From a bacterium (lineage in GTDB: Bacteria > Patescibacteriota > Patescibacteriia > Patescibacteriales > GWE2-39-37), in the NCBI GenBank assembly GCA_037146995.1, contig JBAWWA010000008.1, forward strand, positions 1 through 57,861: a stretch of 57,861 nt of DNA, in the 5' to 3' direction. Below, piece after piece: positions 17,660 to 26,962 of this stretch. Below the pieces are notes generated by a model. That model searched no databases. It was not told the DNA's origin and worked only from the letters and a program-made list of their open reading frames with translations. The number at the start of each line of letters is the position of its first letter. Positions within the stretch are counted from its first letter, which is position 1. Both the position numbers and the translations under genes were made by a program.

Positions 17660-18274
17660 TTAATTATACTGCTTAATTATAAAAGCCTCAACCCTTGTGC
17701 AGTAACTGGCGTCAATGCCGTGCGGATCAAAGCCGTAAATTTTTGACATGAGATTAATTTTAGCCTGATAGGTCGCTAGGGGTAATGTTATTTGCAGGTC
17801 AGCGCCACTGCGCGGTATCAAGAGCGGTACGAATTTTTTGGGCTTTTTGTAATGCAGGAAAAGTGCTGTTTTGATTTTTATTTTTTGATGAATCATGAGA
17901 TCATTGACTGCTTCGTGAATACTTTTGTGGTCGCGATGACCATATTCACCATTTGTGCCATGTGTAATGACAAAATCAAAGGGCTTATTTTTTATATGTT
18001 TTAAGATGAGTTGCTTGGCCATTTTGACATGCGTCTTGTAAGGTAGCAGCTCGAGATCGTCCAAGTTCTCCTGAAAGAAATGGCAATTTAATTTTTTGGC
18101 TACTAAGGCGAATTTTGGCGCACGGTCTTCATCATTAGATCTGGAAAGACAAAGAATTGTCCAATCTATTTTGGGATTTAACATAATTATGCCGCTAAGC
18201 CAAATTGTCTCATCGTCTGGATGGGCAACTATGACGAGACCACATTTTTGTTGTGAGAGTTTGAATGATTGCAT
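17660..18274 (-). CDS. PIG-L/LmbE-family N-acetylglucosaminyl deacetylase
   Basis: VIVAHPDDETI motif near the N-terminus plus HRDH (HGTNGEYGHRDHKSIH). Confidence 0.85.
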   Translation of the reverse strand: MQSFKLSQQKCGLVIVAHPDDETIWLSGIIMLNPKIDWTILCLSRSNDEDRAPKFALVAKKLNCHFFQENLDDLELLPYKTHVKMAKQLILKHIKNKPFDFVITHGTNGEYGHRDHKSIHEAVNDLMIHQKIKIKTALFLHYKKPKKFVPLLIPRSGADLQITLPLATYQAKINLMSKIYGFDPHGIDASYCTRVEAFIIKQYN

Positions 18275-18365
18275 TGCTAATAATTATAACAGGAAATCAT
18301 TAACGTGCAATATTACGTCGACAGATTACGCTTGCGTGTTATAGGTCACGTGTTATAATTTAAGC

Positions 18366-19097
18366 ATGGAAATAATCATCGTAAAAAATTATCAAGAGTT
18401 GTCACAAGTAGCTGCTGCTATATTTGCAGCACAACTCCAAAAGAAAAAATCATCAGTCATGGGTTTAGCGACGGGCAATACCATGGTAGGAATGTATCGG
18501 CAGCTAGTCAGAGCGTATAAACAAAAAGAGATTAGTTTTAAAAAAATGGTCACTTTTAATCTGGATGAATTTGTGAATTTATCAGAAAATCATCCCGGGA
18601 CGCTTTATGCATTTATGCGTAAATATTTTTTTGATAAAGTTGATGTGAATTTTGATCATATAAATTTTTTGGATTGTGAGGCGATTGATCCAAAAAAAGA
18701 ATGTCGCCAATATGAAAAACAGTTAAAAAAAATCGGTCCAATCGACATGCAATTTCTAGGCATTGGCACTAATGGCCACCTGGCTTGGTGTGAGCCTGGT
18801 ACGAGTCTGAAATCAAGAACTAGTCTAATTGATTTGACGCTATCATCCAGGGAAGCGCAACTGGTTAATTTTAAAAATATTAGTGACGTACCTAAACAAG
18901 GCTACTCCATGGGCTTGGCCACGATATTAGAAGCTAAACAAATTGTTTTAATGGCTTCCGGGGCAGATAAGGCAGAGATCATAGCTAAGGCTCTCTGTAG
19001 TTCAGTTACAAAGGACTTGCCAGCCTCTATTGTTCAGCGGCACAACAAAGTAACTGTCATTCTCGATGCAGCTGCGGCGAAAAATTTAATGATATAA
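18366..19097 (+). CDS. nagB: Glucosamine-6-phosphate deaminase
   Basis: GLATGNTMVGMY, FNLDEF, LGIGTNGHLAWCEPG, 243 aa. Confidence 0.85.
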   Translation: MEIIIVKNYQELSQVAAAIFAAQLQKKKSSVMGLATGNTMVGMYRQLVRAYKQKEISFKKMVTFNLDEFVNLSENHPGTLYAFMRKYFFDKVDVNFDHINFLDCEAIDPKKECRQYEKQLKKIGPIDMQFLGIGTNGHLAWCEPGTSLKSRTSLIDLTLSSREAQLVNFKNISDVPKQGYSMGLATILEAKQIVLMASGADKAEIIAKALCSSVTKDLPASIVQRHNKVTVILDAAAAKNLMI

Positions 19098-19100
19098 TAA

Positions 19101-19133
19101 AACCCCTGCCAAACTTGGCGGGGGTTGTTTTTT
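19101..19133. terminator. Terminator shared by convergent nagB and the 19132..19689 gene
   Basis: aacccctgcc-aaactt-ggcgggggtt followed by gtttttt. Confidence 0.75.
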
Positions 19134-19689
19134 AAATCGGTAGAAATGTTTCTTTGGTTATGGAGGCCATGAGTTCAAAATTCTCGCTCATGTAGTAATG
19201 AATGTCACGCCCCGTTTTTCCATAACCCGCCTGGTACAAACCCTGACCGATTGCGCAGTAATTTTTTTCTGACATCTGGCGCCAATGACAACGACGATTA
19301 AAAATCGTGCAGTACATGAAACACAGATCACCTCCATCGCACAAGAGTCTGCCGGTTTTATCCTCTTGACCATTGATTAAATAATCAATGGCATATGGAC
19401 TTGCGGGTATATGGCTAATATTTTTGTAAAGCAGTTCACCGATATACATGGCACATAATGCTGCGGCGGTAGAAATGTGGTGCTGTTTGATGATGGTGGC
19501 TTGCAAATTAGCGATAAAATAATCCTTGGATTTTGGTAGCGATATAACGCAAACACCTTCTGGTAGTTTTTGCTTTTCCGCTCTGAGATTTTTTGCGGCA
19601 GCTGTAATTAATGCGTTCAGGTCGTGAGTGGAAGTAGTGGATTGCTTGGACTTGGCGACGTCGCTAAAAGATATGATTTGAGCACTCAT
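19132..19689 (-). CDS. Hypothetical protein
   Basis: The ATG at 19689 is preceded by AAAGGAGG (reverse complement of cctccttt at 19699-19706). The tracked ORF begins 45 nt further upstream without a Shine-Dalgarno. Confidence 0.5.
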   Translation of the reverse strand: MSAQIISFSDVAKSKQSTTSTHDLNALITAAAKNLRAEKQKLPEGVCVISLPKSKDYFIANLQATIIKQHHISTAAALCAMYIGELLYKNISHIPASPYAIDYLINGQEDKTGRLLCDGGDLCFMYCTIFNRRCHWRQMSEKNYCAIGQGLYQAGYGKTGRDIHYYMSENFELMASITKETFLPI

Positions 19690-19841
19690 GACGATTACCT
19701 CCTTTGATTTAAAGAGCTGTAAAAACCATAACACTCTTAGCTAAAAAAGCAAATGATTATAATCATAGCATATTTTGGAGTTATTGTCAATATTTAATGG
19801 GTATTATTGCCAAAATAAGCCAAATATTGTAGTCTTAAGAC

Positions 19842-21089
19842 ATGGGATTTAAAGAGTCAGTAAAATTTATACTCGGTATTGATGACCGAAAAAATAAATC
19901 CGTCAATCACTACAAAGATGATTCTTTTGATGAAAGTAAGAGGAATTTTTTGAAATTTGGAGCTGGTGTAGCGGCTACGACCGTGGTTGGGACTACCGCC
20001 TTCAAGGGGCTTGATTATGTCTTAAAATCTTTTGCGCCTAAAAATGCAATCAAAGAAACGGCTGATACTGATGAGTTTGAGGATGAGGTAGAAACCGTAG
20101 ACCAAAAAGAAATTGCTGAACATGACGCAAAATCGCTTGATGAAATCGTCAATCTTCGGGTGCGGGGAAAAATTAATCTGACTCCGCAAAAGATGAAACA
20201 GATTGAGCATTACTGGTTGAATCAATATTCAGTTGGTAAGTTACATAAAGGTCTCACAGATGCTTATCGCAATATGGGGGAATGGAGACCATATCTTGAG
20301 GCGGCGTTCAAACAAGAATTTGACCATGATTTCTTAAATCGCTATGGTCAGGCGAATTATGATAAAGCAATTTCGTTGATATATTTGGCTATACCCGAGT
20401 CTCATTGGAATATTACGGCTGTTTCACGGACCAAGGCAGTTGGTCCTTATCAATTTATGAAGGGTACGGCCAGCAGCGAAAAGATCGGCCTGAGAATGCG
20501 AGGTGGCATCGATGAACGCAAAGACCCCGTCAAAAGTGGCCACGCCTGCGCTAAGGTTTTAAAGGAATTATTTGTGGCCTCTGGTGATTGGGATTTAACT
20601 TTGTCTGGTTACAATGGCGGTTTTATCTGGGGATATTTGAAGGAATGTAAAAATACAAATCAAAAACCTTCGTACAATCAGTTTGTGGAGTTTTTAGAAA
20701 AAAAGATAAATACAGTAAAAGTTAAGATCGAAACAGCGCCCAACTTAACTTTGGCGCAAAAGGAGGCAGTATTTGCCAAGACGACAATGGGGTTTTCTGA
20801 GAACCTTAATTATCCAGCCAAATTCAATGCGGTGTTGGCGTTAATAAAGGAAGGTGCAGTGACTGAACAAAAAAATCCATTGCATTTCCGAGAGGTTAAG
20901 GTTAATAATCCTCATCCGAAACACGAAAAAGTTGCAAAACACAAAGGGCGTAAAGTTCAGGCAAAAGTGCCTTATACTTTAAAACATTTAAGTGTTCAGA
21001 AAAAAGTTCCACTCGAACATTTAGTAAAATTAAATCCAGCAATTGACCCCAACGCTGAATTATTAAACAATTATATAATTAGAGTTTAA
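19842..21089 (+). CDS. Lytic transglycosylase (SLT domain) with Tat-like signal and LysM-like C-terminus
   Basis: ESHWNITAVSRTKAVGPYQFMKGTA (ES...GxxQ motif). SKRNFLKFGAGVAATTVVG resembles the S-R-R-x-F-L-K Tat motif. The C-terminal YTLKHLSVQKKVPLEHLVKLNPAI is LysM-like. Confidence 0.7.
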   Translation: MGFKESVKFILGIDDRKNKSVNHYKDDSFDESKRNFLKFGAGVAATTVVGTTAFKGLDYVLKSFAPKNAIKETADTDEFEDEVETVDQKEIAEHDAKSLDEIVNLRVRGKINLTPQKMKQIEHYWLNQYSVGKLHKGLTDAYRNMGEWRPYLEAAFKQEFDHDFLNRYGQANYDKAISLIYLAIPESHWNITAVSRTKAVGPYQFMKGTASSEKIGLRMRGGIDERKDPVKSGHACAKVLKELFVASGDWDLTLSGYNGGFIWGYLKECKNTNQKPSYNQFVEFLEKKINTVKVKIETAPNLTLAQKEAVFAKTTMGFSENLNYPAKFNAVLALIKEGAVTEQKNPLHFREVKVNNPHPKHEKVAKHKGRKVQAKVPYTLKHLSVQKKVPLEHLVKLNPAIDPNAELLNNYIIRV

Positions 21090-21097
21090 ATAAATAT

Positions 21098-22330
21098 ATG
21101 ACTGTAATTACAGACAAATCACAAGTCGAAGAATTGATGAACCGCGGTACGGAAAATGTTTATCCGAATCGTGAATACGTTGAGAAGGGATTAATTTCAG
21201 GCAAGCGCTTACGGATTTATTGTGGCTTTGACCCTACAGCCGAGTCTTTGCATATTGGTAATGCAATTCAATTGTCTAAATTGGCGCAGTTTCAGAAATT
21301 GGGCCATGAGATTATTTTCTTGATCGGTGATTTTACGGGCATGATCGGTGACCCGACTGACAAGACGGCCACTCGTAAGAAATTGACTCGTGAGGATATC
21401 GAGAAGAATTTGAAAAATTATAAAAAACAGGCTAGCGCTTATATTGATTTTGCTGGTGACAACCCAGCATTGGTGAAATATAACAATGACTGGCTAGGTA
21501 AATTAACTTTTGCTGATTTGATTGAAGTGGCTTCACATTTCACGGTTGGTCAGATGATCGTGCGCGACATGTTCCAAAAAAGAATCGAAGAAAATAAACC
21601 GATACATCTGCATGAATTCTTGTATCCACTGGCACAAGGCTTCGACTCAGTGGCGATGGATGTGGATGGCGAGGTTGGTGGCAATGACCAGACTTTTAAC
21701 ATGTTGGCTGGTCGTGACTTGATGAAATCGATGCAGAACAAAGAGAAGTTTGTGGTTACGACTAAACTTTTGACCGACGACCAGGGCAAGAAGATGGGTA
21801 AGTCAGAGGGTAATATCGTTTTCTTAAATGAAGAGCCAAATGAGATGTATGGCAAGGTGATGTCGTGGGTGGATGGGGTATTGATGAATGGTTTTGAGCT
21901 TTGTACGAATTTACCCATGGCAGAAGTGACCGAGATGCATGAAGCTATGAAGAATGGTGCCAATCCACGTGACTACAAGATGCGCTTAGCTTTTGAAATC
22001 ACCAAAATCAATCATGGCGAGAAGAAAGCCCTTGAAGCACAAGAGAATTTCGTGAAAACGGTGCAGAATAAGGAGATTCCGGATGAGATCGAAGAAGTGT
22101 ATTTGCCGGTGGCAAGCTATAAGTTGGTAGATTTATTGGTTCAATTGAAATTAGCATCATCCAAGAGTGAAGCTCGACGTTTGATCGAGCAGGGTGGTAT
22201 TAAATTGGCTGCAGGCGAGGCTGAGTTGGAGGTGAATAAAGATGTGAATGCTGATGTATTGGTAACTAAAGAAGGTCTGTTGATTCAGCGCGGCAAGAGG
22301 CAATTTTTAAAAGTTAGAGTTCAGGAATAA
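21098..22330 (+). CDS. tyrS: Tyrosyl-tRNA synthetase
   Basis: GFDPTAESLHIGN (HIGH), KKMGKS (KMSKS) and a C-terminal S4 domain SKSEARRLIEQGGIKL. Confidence 0.92.
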   Translation: MTVITDKSQVEELMNRGTENVYPNREYVEKGLISGKRLRIYCGFDPTAESLHIGNAIQLSKLAQFQKLGHEIIFLIGDFTGMIGDPTDKTATRKKLTREDIEKNLKNYKKQASAYIDFAGDNPALVKYNNDWLGKLTFADLIEVASHFTVGQMIVRDMFQKRIEENKPIHLHEFLYPLAQGFDSVAMDVDGEVGGNDQTFNMLAGRDLMKSMQNKEKFVVTTKLLTDDQGKKMGKSEGNIVFLNEEPNEMYGKVMSWVDGVLMNGFELCTNLPMAEVTEMHEAMKNGANPRDYKMRLAFEITKINHGEKKALEAQENFVKTVQNKEIPDEIEEVYLPVASYKLVDLLVQLKLASSKSEARRLIEQGGIKLAAGEAELEVNKDVNADVLVTKEGLLIQRGKRQFLKVRVQE

Positions 22331-22381
22331 ATTATGTATTTTTTAAGCATCGTTAAAACTAAAATTGTTAAGGAGGTTAAC

Positions 22382-24031
22382 ATGGCTTTAAAAAAAGAGG
22401 CGACGATCGTCGAGGCGGATTTGGTCTTTCCTCCAACGGTAAACATGGGTGACATTAGCTTGCCCTGTTTTGCTTTGGCTAAAAGTTTGGGCAAAAATCC
22501 GGTTGAAGTTGCCAAGAACTTAGAATCAAAAATGAAAGACAAGATTTGTTCGGCAGTGGCGACTGGTCCGTATTTGAATTTTACTTTAAATAAAAACGTC
22601 TTGAGCGGTAAAGTTTTGGAGGATGTACAGAAACTGGGTAAGAAGTTTGGTGAGCAAAAAATTGGGGCCAAGAAAAAGGTCTTGGTTGAATTTGCCAATC
22701 AGAACACTCACAAAGAAGTGCATATTGGCCATATTAGAAATTTTTCTTATGGCGATAGTGTTTGCCGCTTACTTAAGGCTAATGGTTTTAAGTCTATTTC
22801 GTTCTCGTATATAAATGATTTTGGTATAAATACGGCTCGAGTTGTTTGGGGTTTGGATAAGTTTTACAAAGACAAAGAAATTAAAGGTGATAAGGGAGAA
22901 TTCCTAGGTAAACTATATCCAGAGGCGACTAAAAAAATGGAAGAGTTAGGTGATGTAGCCAAAAAAGAAGTTGGCGAATATATGAAAGCGATTGAGTCAC
23001 GCCAGGGTGAAATTTATTATAATTGGTTAAAGACACGGGACTGGAGCATCAAAGGTTTTGCGAAAATTTATCGTGAGCTCGGGGTGAAGTTTAAAGACAC
23101 GTGGTATGAGAGTGATCATATTGAAGAAGGATTGCGTTTAGTTAAAGAATTAAAAGAAAAAGAAATATTAAGGGAAAGTCAAGGTGCCTTAATTGCTGAT
23201 CTTGAGGAATATGGCTTAGGGGTGCAAGTTTATTTGCGTGCCGATGGTACAGCCTTGTATCCGGTAGCTGATTTGGCTTTGGCTCAAGCCAAGGTGAAAG
23301 AGTTTGGGATTGATGAATCGATCATAGTGGTGGATATCAGACAGGCTCTGCATTTTAAGCAATTGTTTAAGGTGATGGAATTGCTTGGTTACAAGCAAAA
23401 GATGGTGCATCTTGGCTATGACTTCGTAACCTTGCCTGGTGGTGCTATGTCGTCTCGTTCGGGTAATGTCGTGACTTATGCGACTTTGAAAAAAGCAGTC
23501 ATGAAGATGGCTACTAAAGCAACGAAAGAAAAACATGTTGATTGGGAAAATAGACAAATTAAAAAAGTTGCTCAGCAAATTGCCGTCGGGGCGATGAAAT
23601 TTGAGATGATTAAGGTTGGTCGAGAAAAAGCCATAACTTTCGACATTGAGAAGTCATTGCGGTTTGATGGTTTTACGGCTGCTTATTTGCAATACACGGG
23701 AGCACGTATTAATTCTATCTTAAAAAAGGCTCAGATTGATGATGCGGTTGATTATGCGAAATTGACCGAACCGCGCGAACATGACTTAATATTGAAGCTC
23801 GCAAAATTTCCAATTGCTGTACTTGAGGCGGGTGAAAAATATGAACCGTCAGAAATTGCTAAGTATTTATTCGAATTGTCTCAGCAATTTAATGATTATT
23901 ATCACGGCGTGCCCGTTCTGAAAGCGGAAAACGCGGTCATGATGGCTAGATTGGTTCTACTTAGAAGTGTCAAGCAGGTTCTAGAAAATGGCTTGAGTTT
24001 GCTGGGGATAGGCTTTATTGAAGAAATGTAA
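22382..24031 (+). CDS. argS: Arginyl-tRNA synthetase
   Basis: FANQNTHKEVHIGHIRN is present, with a DALR-type C-terminal domain ending in Met. The ATG at 22382 follows AAGGAGG, whereas the tracked start at 22334 lacks a Shine-Dalgarno. Confidence 0.9.
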   Translation: MALKKEATIVEADLVFPPTVNMGDISLPCFALAKSLGKNPVEVAKNLESKMKDKICSAVATGPYLNFTLNKNVLSGKVLEDVQKLGKKFGEQKIGAKKKVLVEFANQNTHKEVHIGHIRNFSYGDSVCRLLKANGFKSISFSYINDFGINTARVVWGLDKFYKDKEIKGDKGEFLGKLYPEATKKMEELGDVAKKEVGEYMKAIESRQGEIYYNWLKTRDWSIKGFAKIYRELGVKFKDTWYESDHIEEGLRLVKELKEKEILRESQGALIADLEEYGLGVQVYLRADGTALYPVADLALAQAKVKEFGIDESIIVVDIRQALHFKQLFKVMELLGYKQKMVHLGYDFVTLPGGAMSSRSGNVVTYATLKKAVMKMATKATKEKHVDWENRQIKKVAQQIAVGAMKFEMIKVGREKAITFDIEKSLRFDGFTAAYLQYTGARINSILKKAQIDDAVDYAKLTEPREHDLILKLAKFPIAVLEAGEKYEPSEIAKYLFELSQQFNDYYHGVPVLKAENAVMMARLVLLRSVKQVLENGLSLLGIGFIEEM

Positions 24032-24136
24032 TTTTATAGGCTCAACTTTGAAGGTCTTTTAAGGTCCTTTAAATGTATTTTTTCTTTGTGCTATACTTAT
24101 TTTGTGTTTAAAAATAATATTAAAATATCATAACAA

Positions 24137-26938
24137 ATGTTTAATCAATTTTTGAAGTTTTTTGGTTTGGGCGCATTAATCATTATTACTTCTATTCTAT
24201 TTTCAGCTAATGCGCAGGCGGCTACTGATATCTGGGAGAAGGTAAATCCGCCAACATTAAGTGGTAGCATCTCGGCCGTTGGCACGGCCGGTAATTATGT
24301 GTACTTGGGGACTAGTCAGGGCGTTTATATGAGTACGACCTCTGGTCAGAGCTGGCAACTAATAAATAACGGTTTGAGCGGTGCCACGTCTACCGTCTCC
24401 GCTATTGCTATTGGCTGGGTATTTAATAGTGCTAGCACGACTTATGACGTTTCCACCTCAACTAATATTTATCTTGGTACTGCCAAAGGAGTTTACACTT
24501 CAAAACTTGGCAGTAGCACTTGGAGCTTACTTGCTAATACGGCTGGCCTAAATGTAGTTGACATAAAGATTGACCAATATAAGGGTGGTGCGGCAGATCC
24601 AAGTACTATTTATATAGCCACTTCAACGATTGGCGGGCTTTATCGTAGTGATGATAGTGGTGCTAGCTGGACTCTGCAAAATACTGGCATGGAAACTGGT
24701 GTGGCTAAGAAAATTGTCACAGATTGGTGGGGCGGCAATATTTTTGCGATCACTAACGCCAATGAAATTTATAAAAGTGTTATGAATTCGCTTAGCGCTA
24801 CAGGGGAATCTTGGTCATTAGCCTCTACCTCAGTTGCCAATTTGAACTCTATATCAATGAATAATGCATCCTATGCACCTGATTTAAATTCAATTAGCTA
24901 TTTGTCTACTGATAACGGAATTTATCGATCCATAGACTCGGGTGCCAATTGGATTGATATTAATAATGGAATTAATGATCTACGAATAAAATCCGTGGCA
25001 AGTGATTATTTTAATGCTGTTGCAATTGCGGCTGGTCAAAACGGGGCTTATTTGAGTGTGAGCGGAACTTTTGATACGCTTGGTGATACGTGGGGTAATG
25101 CAAATTTAGGCATGGGCGTAACAGCCTTGCAAGATGTTGTGGCTAATCCTGTTAATTCTTCATTTTGGGCGATCAGTACCACTTCAATTTACCGTTTGCA
25201 GTTCTCTAATATTGCTACGGCAACGATTGGATTGCTAGCGACCAGTGATATTATTGCTCCTAGTCCGGTTAATGATTTATCAACATCTAATAACGGTACT
25301 AGTTCAATAAGTCTTAGCTGGCTAGCAACTGGTAATGACTTGAATTCTGGCACGGCAGCTGCCTATGACATTCGCTATTCGACCTCGACTATTAATGATG
25401 CTAATTGGAACGTGGCTACTCAGGTTAATGGCGAACCAGTACCAGGTATAAGCGGCACCAATGAATCCATGATTGTGTCTGGCTTACTGCCGGCAACGCA
25501 GTATTATTTTGCCATGAAGGTGGTTGATGGTTTTGGTAACTGGTCGTTATTGTCAAATGTAGTTGGCGCTCTAACACTAGCACCAGACATAATCAACCCA
25601 ACCACTCCCGGAGTAGTTGTGATAGGCACAACCTCAGCGACGGTTATTAATATATCTTGGGCGTCGTCTACTGATAATGTTGCGGTAGTCGGTTACAAAG
25701 TTTTTAGAGCCACGACTACTGGAACGATGACACAAATTGGCACGACTACAAATATTTATTATAGCGTTACTGGCAGTACACCCTTAACAAGCTACTCGTT
25801 TGTTGTAGCTGCTTATGATGCCGCTGGCAATACATCGGCCATGACTGCCACTACCTCGACTTCAACTCTACCTAGTACGCCAACTGGTTTTACAGCGACA
25901 GCCGTTTCAACGACTGGCATTAATTTGGCATGGTCAACCACGACCGAGGCAGTTAACTACTACGCTATTTATAACGGTGCTTCATTGATTGCAACAACAT
26001 CAAACTTAATCGGTAACTATTCAGTAACTAGTTTAACCCCGTCGACTCTTTATAACTTCAATTTAAAAGCAGTAACTAACTCTGGTCTTTATTCGGCTTC
26101 AACGACAAGTTCAGCAACAACCCAGGCGGTCGTCGTTACGCCAGTTGTCAGCAGTCCTGGAGGCTCTGGTGGTGGCGGTGGTAGCTTTACGGCTGCTGCC
26201 TGTACGAGCTGGACTTATTCAGTCTGGACGAGTTGCATGGCCGGCAAACAGTCAAGGACGGTCATGACCAGTTTACCAAGTGGTTGCAGCGGCGGGACGC
26301 CAGTATTGACTCAATCATGTAATGCAGTGTCAACGACTACGGTTGTGGTCCCAGTGGTCGCACCTGAACCAGTAGTTGTGCCTGTAAATGTAAAAACGAC
26401 GACCGTTAAAATTTTAGATACGGACAAGGATGGCTTGTCAGATGATTTGGAGGTAGCACTTGGAACTAACCCCTTTAAAATGGATACTGATGGTGATGGG
26501 GTTAATGATAAACAAGAGTTACTTCAAATACTTAATCCAATTGTTGCCAAGAAAGAGGCTAATATTGATGAGCTTTACGCTAAAAAGAATCAAGGCAAGG
26601 TTTTTTTACAAGTTGAAAATAAAGGTCAAGCCTGGTATATTAATCCCAAGGACCTGAAACGTTATTATCTAGGTCGGCCAGCTAACGCTTTTGAGGTGAT
26701 GCGTAAGCAGGGTATGGGTGTTAAACATTCTTTGATTACCAAAACTAAAGTTTATCCAGATAGATTATTGGGTAGAATTTTGATTGATGTTGAGGACAAG
26801 GGTCGGGCTTATTATATTAATCCTAAGGATGAAAAGGCATATTCGCTAGGTAAGCCAGCTGATGCTTTTGCGGTTATGCGAAAATTAGGTATTGGCATTA
26901 CTAATAAAAGTTTGGATAAAATTAGCGTTGGCTTGTAG
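24137..26938 (+). CDS. Large secreted multidomain surface protein: signal peptide, BNR/Asp-box propeller-like region, ~3 FN3 domains, Gly linker, TSP3-like Ca-binding repeats, duplicated C-terminal ~45-aa module
   Basis: The signal peptide is ...FSANAQA. Asp-boxes are YRSDDSGASW, YRSIDSGANW and YMSTTSGQSW. FN3-like segments include APSPVNDLS...YYFAMKVVD, TTPGVVV...YSFVVAAYD and PSTPTGFTA...YNFNLKAV. The TSP3-like stretch is DTDKDGLSDDLEVALGTNPFKMDTDGDGVNDKQE. The C-terminal module occurs twice: GKVFLQVENKGQAWYINPKDLKRYYLGRPANAFEVMRKQGMGV and GRILIDVEDKGRAYYINPKDEKAYSLGKPADAFAVMRKLGIGI. Confidence 0.75.
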   Translation: MFNQFLKFFGLGALIIITSILFSANAQAATDIWEKVNPPTLSGSISAVGTAGNYVYLGTSQGVYMSTTSGQSWQLINNGLSGATSTVSAIAIGWVFNSASTTYDVSTSTNIYLGTAKGVYTSKLGSSTWSLLANTAGLNVVDIKIDQYKGGAADPSTIYIATSTIGGLYRSDDSGASWTLQNTGMETGVAKKIVTDWWGGNIFAITNANEIYKSVMNSLSATGESWSLASTSVANLNSISMNNASYAPDLNSISYLSTDNGIYRSIDSGANWIDINNGINDLRIKSVASDYFNAVAIAAGQNGAYLSVSGTFDTLGDTWGNANLGMGVTALQDVVANPVNSSFWAISTTSIYRLQFSNIATATIGLLATSDIIAPSPVNDLSTSNNGTSSISLSWLATGNDLNSGTAAAYDIRYSTSTINDANWNVATQVNGEPVPGISGTNESMIVSGLLPATQYYFAMKVVDGFGNWSLLSNVVGALTLAPDIINPTTPGVVVIGTTSATVINISWASSTDNVAVVGYKVFRATTTGTMTQIGTTTNIYYSVTGSTPLTSYSFVVAAYDAAGNTSAMTATTSTSTLPSTPTGFTATAVSTTGINLAWSTTTEAVNYYAIYNGASLIATTSNLIGNYSVTSLTPSTLYNFNLKAVTNSGLYSASTTSSATTQAVVVTPVVSSPGGSGGGGGSFTAAACTSWTYSVWTSCMAGKQSRTVMTSLPSGCSGGTPVLTQSCNAVSTTTVVVPVVAPEPVVVPVNVKTTTVKILDTDKDGLSDDLEVALGTNPFKMDTDGDGVNDKQELLQILNPIVAKKEANIDELYAKKNQGKVFLQVENKGQAWYINPKDLKRYYLGRPANAFEVMRKQGMGVKHSLITKTKVYPDRLLGRILIDVEDKGRAYYINPKDEKAYSLGKPADAFAVMRKLGIGITNKSLDKISVGL

Positions 26939-26962
26939 TAATAGCTAATATTAGTTATAATT

